From Macrostomum lignano (taxonomy: Eukaryota), in the NCBI GenBank assembly GCA_002269645.1, contig NIVC01001308.1, positions 98,501-162,500 of the forward strand: a stretch of DNA of 64,000 nt. Reading direction: 5' to 3'. Position numbers and translations under genes: made by a program. The stretch's first letter is position 1. Every line of letters starts with the position of its first letter. This document shows, in pieces, positions 47,735 to 64,000 of this stretch. The notes under the pieces were generated by a model. The model did no database searches. It had not been told where the DNA came from and worked only from the letters and a program-made list of their open reading frames with translations.

Positions 47735-48270
47735 TCTTGGGGGGCGCCCCTGTCTCTTGGTGAGCGCCCCCGTCTCTTGGTGGTCTCCCCTGTCTCGTGG
47801 TGGGCGCCCTTGTCTCTTGGGGGCGCCCCTGTCTCTTGGTGGCCGCCCCTGTCTCGTGGTGGTCTCCCCTGTCTCTTGGGGGGCGCCCCTGTCTCTTGAT
47901 TGGCGCCCCTGTCTCTTGGTGGCCGCCCCTGTCTCGTGGTGGTCTCCCCTGTCTCTTGGGGGCGCCCCTGTTTCTTGGGGGGGGCGCCCCTGTCTCTTGG
48001 TGGTCTCCCCTGTCTCGCGGTGGTCTCCCCTGTCTCTTGGGGGCGCCCCTGTCTCTTGGGGGGCGCCCCTGTCTCTTGGTGGTCTCCCCTGTCTCGCGGT
48101 GGTCTCCCCTGTCTCTTGGGGGTGCCCCTGTCTCTTGGTAGTCGCCCCTGTCTCTTGGTGGTCGCCCCTGTCACTTGGTGGTCGCCCCTGTCACTTGGTG
48201 GTCGCCCCTGTCTCGTGGTGGGCGCCCCTGTCTCTTGGTAGTCGCCCCTGTCTCTTGGTGGTCGCCCAGC
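47735..48270. repeat. GC-rich 21-23-bp minisatellite (cccctgtctcttggtggtcg variants)
   Basis: Direct tandem units; followed by ttagg/ttaggg-rich tail to about 48420. Confidence 0.9.
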
Positions 48271-48750
48271 TGTCTCTTTGTATCCTAGGCTGCTGGATCC
48301 CACGTCTAAGAGGAGACAAAAGTTAGGTTTGGATTAAGTTTTAAGACAGGTCCAGGTTAGGGCTCAGTTTTAGGTTAGGCCATTATGATGTAGGATAAAC
48401 TAATTTTAGGGTTAGGTTCGACAGCCAACCGTTGTATAGACGCAGTTTTATCCTAATTAACTTTGGTTAAAACCGATCCCGAAGCAATCGACAAAATCAA
48501 GACAAGTGTTTAACGCGTGGTATGCTGTGCAAAGGGCGTCCAATGTTTTAACTTTGCACTCATATCTTTTTATTTATTCTGAGATTGACTACTAAATTAG
48601 ACTCAATTATACTCTAAATCTGATGATAAATAGTTGATTGTTGGCATTCAGATTTTTTAGCATCTATCTATCCGACAAATAGTTCGTATTGTCGTTTGCC
48701 ACAGTTCCAAGCTCTTTAAATAATTAGTCGCTCTTAACAATAATAACATT

Positions 48751-49301
48751 TCATTCGTTTTCAAACACCACGGCCTCGGCGCAGTAGCCGCTGAGGTAGC
48801 GGACGGTGCAGGTCCGGCAGCAGCACCTCTGCACCAGGTTGTCTGTGTTAAGTCTGCACCTCAGCTTCAACAAAGAGACGTTCTTCTTCATTCTCTCGCT
48901 GCCTGAAACAACAGATCAATTAGTGAAACGCTTACTGTGTCTCTGTATTCTGACTTTTAATAAAAGCTGCATGGTTTCAATGCAACACGACTCTCACTGA
49001 GTATCTCTCGAGTCCTCTTTGCGGTGCGGAACCTGCCGTAGCTGTTGTACATCCTGCCGTCGCAGACTTTAGCCACGGCGTCGATTAGTTCGCGGCCGCA
49101 GAAGTTGACAACCGTGTTCTGCGGGTAATAGACAGATTAATGTGCTAATAGCATTATTGACGGTAGCGTTTGGCACGATAAAAGTACTTTGTACGAGCTC
49201 ACCGGATTTTTCTCGTCGAAATCCAAATAGTTATAGGAAGCGAGAAGACCACTGAAACAGCTGAGCAGGATAACTGCGAACAGTACATTTGCAAATTGCA
49301 T
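48751..49301 (-). CDS. Insulin-like peptide precursor, 3 exons (49301-49203, 49118-48998, 48902-48751), 123 aa, 8 Cys
   Basis: Signal MQFANVLFAVILLSCFSGLLA; B chain FCGRELIDAVAKVC; KR and KK sites; A chain CC-CRT-C-TVRYLSGY-C; GT-AG introns of 84 and 95 nt, phases 0 and 1 join in frame. Confidence 0.9.
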
Positions 49302-49544
49302 GGCGACTAGTTGGGAGAATAGGATTTTTAAAATAAAAATTGGCAAGGAGTGGCGCTTGCTTGTCTGCAGTTATTAACGAGCAGCCTTCAACGGACGCAG
49401 GATTTTGAGGCAATGAGATTTCGGCTTACATTTTATTGATTTTATAGACTTTGCGAAGCCAAGGTGATTGGAGGGCTCATGGAAAACCAATTGAATATAA
49501 CAAATACTACTGTTTGCCATCGACATTCCTATAGTAGTCAATGA

Positions 49545-50490
49545 AAAATTACCCATTCATTCTGCTGCAATCAAGTCATTCATTCTGCTGCAATCAAGTC
49601 ATTCACTCTGTTGCAATCAAGTCATTCACTCTGTTGCAATCAAGTCATTCACTCTGCTGCAATCAAGTCATTCAATCTGCTGAAATCAAATCATTCACTC
49701 TGTTGCAATCAAGTCATTCATTCTGCTGCAATCAAGTCATTCACTCTACTGCAATCAAGTCATTCACTTTGCTGCAATCAAGTCATTCATTCTGCTGCAA
49801 TCAAATCATTCACTCTGTTGCAATCAAGTCATTCATTCTGCTGCAATCAAATCATTCACTCTGTTGCAATCAAGTCATTCACTCTGCTGCAATCAAATCA
49901 TTCACTCTGTTGCAATCAAGTCATTCATTCTGCTGCAATCAAGTCATTCACTTTGCTGCAATCAAGTCATTCATTCTGCTGCAATCAAGTCATTCATTCT
50001 GTTGCAATCAAGTCATTCATTCTGTTGCAATCAAGTCATTCACTCTGCTGCAATCAAGTCATTCATTCTGTTGCAATCAAGTCATTCACTCTGCTGCAAT
50101 CAAGTCATTCACTCTGCTGCAATCAAGTCATTCACTTTGCTGCAATCAAGTCATTCATTCTGCTGCAATCAAATCATTCACTCTGTTGCAATCAAGTCAT
50201 TCATTCTGCTGCAATCAAATCATTCACTCTGTTGCAATCAAGTCATTCACTCTGCTGCAATCAAATCATTCACTCTGTTGCAATCAAGTCATTCATTCTG
50301 CTGCAATCAAGTCATTCACTTTGCTGCAATCAAGTCATTCATTCTGCTGCAATCAAGTCATTCATTCTGTTGCAATCAAGTCATTCACTCTGTTGCAATC
50401 AAGTCATTCACTCTGCTGCAATCAAATCATTCACTCTGTTGCAATCAAGTCATTCACTCTGCTGCAATCAAGTCATTCACTCTGCTGCAA
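49545..50490. repeat. 21-bp minisatellite (ctgttgcaatcaagtcattca), about 45 units
   Basis: Direct tandem units; source of 370-490 aa spurious ORFs. Confidence 0.95.
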
Positions 50491-51320
50491 TCAAGTCATT
50501 CACAAAGCAACAATCAACCGTTCACAAAACAGCAATTTACCACTCACAAAGCAATCATCCAAAATTCACAAAGCAACCATCCAATATTCACAGAGCAACC
50601 ATCCAACATTCACAGAGCACCAATTTACTATTCACAAAGCAACCATCCAACATTCACAGAGCACCAATCTACCATTCACAAAGCAATCATCCAACATTCA
50701 CAGAGAACCAATCTACCATTCACAAAGCAACCATCCAACATTCACAGAGCACCAATCTACCATGCATTCACAAAGCAACCATCCAACATTCACAGAGCAC
50801 CAATCTACCATGCATTCACAAAGCAACCATCCAACATTCACAGAGCACCAATCTACCATTCACAAAGCAATCATCCAACATTCACAGAGAACCAATCTAC
50901 CATTCACAAAGCAATCATCCAACATTCACAGAGCACCAATCTACCATGCATTCACAAAGCAACCATCCAACATTCACAAAGTAATTAACAATCAAAGCAG
51001 GGTGAATGTCAGTTTTAGATAATTTTTACGAGCTCATCATGTGATTGATATGCGAGTAATATGAAATTATTGATGGTTTTAGTGTGAAAGGAGGACTGTT
51101 ACGGAGCAAGTCGTGAATGGCAGATCCCTTAGTTGTGAATGGTAGATTGCTAAGTTGTGAATGGCAGATCCCTAAGTTGTGAATGGCAGACTGCTAAGTT
51201 GTTAATGGCTGATCCTTTTTAAGTTGTGATTGGAAGATCGTAAAGTGGTGAATGGTATATTGCTAAGTTGTGAATGGCAGATAGATAGAGAACAGTTAAT
51301 GTGAATAGCTGATCGTGAAT
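50490..51320. repeat. Two 22-bp arrays in inverted orientation around a short spacer (foldback-like)
   Basis: ccaatctaccattcac units at 50490-50990 versus gtgaatggtagattgc units at 51110-51320. Confidence 0.6.
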
Positions 51321-51673
51321 GGAAGAACCAAATACTATTATTAGCGTGCTTTTTCTGATATTTGTTTTGCTTTGGTTACAGAGACAAATTTGGCAGTGCG
51401 CTCAAGCTGGATCAGCGATCCAAAGATTTCCTCGGCATTAACTTCTTTGCAGACACGCAGCGGGCGTTGTGTTGCAGAAACTGACGTTTGATTGCTTTGA
51501 GCAATTTTAGACAAACTTCGTGCCAGAGAAATCTGGAAAAATAGCTGAGCTTTTCTGTCGACAGGTGTCCCCTGTCAGGCCTTTAAAATTGCACAGCTGA
51601 CTGAGCAGCGTCTCAACTCAGGAAATAAATTTCAATTGACGTGCAGCGAAAACTCTCCACCCTCGATTTTTGT

Positions 51674-52350
<677 letters not shown>

Positions 52351-53158
52351 CATCTTGTGCACTGTATAACTTGCCTAGCAGTGTTTACAGGGTGATGGTT
52401 TGCTGAGTCTGGGCTTAAGAAAGCTCTCCATCAAATTTCGACTCCGAGATACGAAGTAGTTGAGCTCGCGAAATGTGTGCATTCATATACTTAGGATATT
52501 GTTAGCAAAGTCCAACTAGGTCGAACAAACAAAGTCTGACAAGCAAAGTCCATTCAACCGCCTCCTACAAGAAAATACTTGCCTAGAGTACAAAAAATAA
52601 TTCAAAATGCAAAGTCATCTAAGCGCGGTACGCAGTGCTTGTGCTTATTTCTGGTTCAATTTCGTTTCATCGTCTTGTTTATTTGCTGGAAGCAAGAAGG
52701 AGCCGCATCAAAGGCAAAAAAGTACAATTTTCAGCCCTCTATTTAAAAGAAAATTAGGCCTAATTAGTGAATTATCCTTTGTTGCATTAGCTAATATGAG
52801 CAACAAGCTACTTTAATATTGTCTAGCGCAAAAGTGAGAATAGCTGCATACATATTATAGGTGCCTTATTACTGTTAAAAAACTAGCTATACGAAATGTC
52901 CAACCTTGCAAGTGAAATATAAATTATCTATGAGTGCAAACTGAGAATCAATTCAGAGGCCACATGCTATGGCGACGCATGCCGCACTCACAAAGGTGTC
53001 AAATTAGCCATATAAACTTGTGCAGCGCAATGCCAACGGATGAGCTAACAGAATGGTCTATCTTAATTTAAGTTTTCATTTTATAAAAAAAGAGACGCGT
53101 ACGTTCAAAAAAACATGATGCAAAACTCAGGACACAGTACTAACTGTCCAGTCTGTCA

Positions 53159-62076
<8,918 letters not shown>

Positions 62077-62831
62077 CTTTCAAGGTGTTGTTTTAAACAA
62101 ATGGAAACTGTTGTGACTAAAATTTGTCAAGAATTATAAACATTTTCTGCATTGATGTCTAACTTCGAACTTGCTCGAAAAGTATTTAGGACCAAGTTCA
62201 TCAAAATAATTTGACTACTATAAATATGACGCGATCTGTTGTGAACAAAGAAATGCAGTCTAGTAATATGGTTAGATAAGCTAAGGGACTCCAGGATCTT
62301 TAGGAAAAAAGCTACATGTATGTAAACGCGGACTATATATAAGAGCTATTAGAAAATGTGATAAAATAGTCAAATAAAACACTTCTCACCTCTGCAGCCA
62401 TATTTCATATAGAGACAGAGAAAAATTATAGCTAGAAAAAACACACAGCCGCTGGCCCAGCCACTCTGTCAAATTTATCTCAAAATGGCGCCATAAATGT
62501 GTCCTCGCGCACATAACGAAGATCGTTATAAGCAGTGAATAAAGCCGGAATTTTTATCGGCTTAAAAAGTTTTCTATCCAGACTTAATTTTCATCTATTC
62601 GTCTCGCATTTACACCCAAACTTGCATTTATGATTTTAAAGCTCTATTTACAGCTCTATTTATATTTACAGCTTTAAAAGATAATAAAATATATACACGA
62701 ATAATAAAATTTGGAAATTTGAAATTTGAGCACGAACAAGACATTGTGTCAGATATGCGACTCGTATGTTATTGCTTAGTCAGAAAAAACTGAACTGAGC
62801 TATTTTGATACAAAAATAAATAAGGCACGGA

Positions 62832-63300
<469 letters not shown>

Positions 63301-64000
63301 TTGACTGATAGATACTTTAGTTTCAAACTGTTTTTCTGTAGTAAAAAATCCCTCCCACATACTGAACAGACAGCCCAGTACTTATCAGAACATGATGAAA
63401 ATGTCTGGCATGTAAATGGCACGAAAGGCACGGAATCGAACTCGCTGACTTTGGCACAAATGCCGGCCGTGTTCTCAGTAGCTCTTATAATTTTTTTATG
63501 CTGACCGAAAAAGAAAATAAAAACTTACCTATAGCTGAGATCAAAAGCGCTCATTTATAGACACCGGTAAAAAAAGTTTGAAAAACCAATAAAAGAGAAA
63601 ATTCAAGCCTCTCAATGGAAATTCACGCAGAAATTGATCTTGTAGAAAGTATATTTCTCCATGGAGTCGAATAGATGTTAAAAATATTTTCATACATCCA
63701 AATAGACTAACCCATGAAGGCTTACATCCAAGACGTGGGTTAAAGTCCAGTGACACGTTTGTTTACCTGTTCAAAATTCGCAACAATAAGCTGTAAGAAC
63801 ACTCCCCAAACTGATTAAGTGTTAGTCTGGAATGGATTTGCTACTTTGAAGCAACTGAAGCAAGAGAAGGACATTGCGTCGGGGTTGAGGCTCCTCTCTT
63901 ACCCTATTTAGTTTAGTACAGACCTTCGATTTGAGCCATCTGCGAAAAGCAACGATGATTTTAGGGAATTCAGCAAAGCCGAATGTTTGAAGAGCGTGCT

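Noticed and set aside
48320-48420. ttagg/ttaggg-rich stretch resembling telomeric repeat
   Set aside because: Too short and degenerate to call an interstitial telomere; may be part of an unidentified element end
49541-51022. Long ORFs (374-493 aa) and similar ORFs at 18.5-20.0, 22.6-23.5, 47.7-48.3, 51.6-52.4, 53.6-53.9, 58.5-59.2, 60.5-61.3 and 62.8-63.4 kb
   Set aside because: They are translations of stop-free mini/microsatellite units, open in several frames at once

Overview
Invertebrate-animal (eukaryotic, spliceosomal introns) genomic DNA, rich in mobile elements and tandem repeats; the species cannot be determined from the sequence. The main discovery is at 1-8399: a Ty3/Gypsy-type LTR retroelement with an unusual gene order. 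One reading frame, open from base 2, runs nucleocapsid zinc knuckle - acidic linker - internal signal peptide - furin-cleaved, class III (gB/chuvirus-G-like) envelope ectodomain - transmembrane helix - cytoplasmic tail with LYPxI, PTAP and PPxY budding motifs - aspartic protease - dUTPase-like segment. RT-RNaseH-integrase follows in the -1 frame. A small N-myristoylation-motif tandem-RING ORF sits where env normally lies, followed by the PPT and 3' LTR. Env is therefore embedded between gag and pro. Next come an LTR-element nest (8.4-16.4 kb, including further LTRs of the same family) and host genes, all on the minus strand: a decayed fibrinogen-domain gene, an alpha-arrestin pseudogene and an intact 6-exon alpha-arrestin, three intronless copines with patchwork gene conversion and PxAP/PPxY/YPG tails, an 8-cysteine insulin-like peptide gene missed by the ORF track, and a Na+/K+-ATPase alpha subunit. 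An arrestin intron holds a Crypton-like tyrosine-recombinase element bracketed by 21-bp tandem arrays, and an apparent non-autonomous derivative lies in an ATPase intron. Many long ORFs in the track are artefacts of mini/microsatellites. Small indels in otherwise pristine genes suggest assembly errors, so single frameshifts must be read cautiously. All homology calls come from motif recognition by eye; no searches were run.
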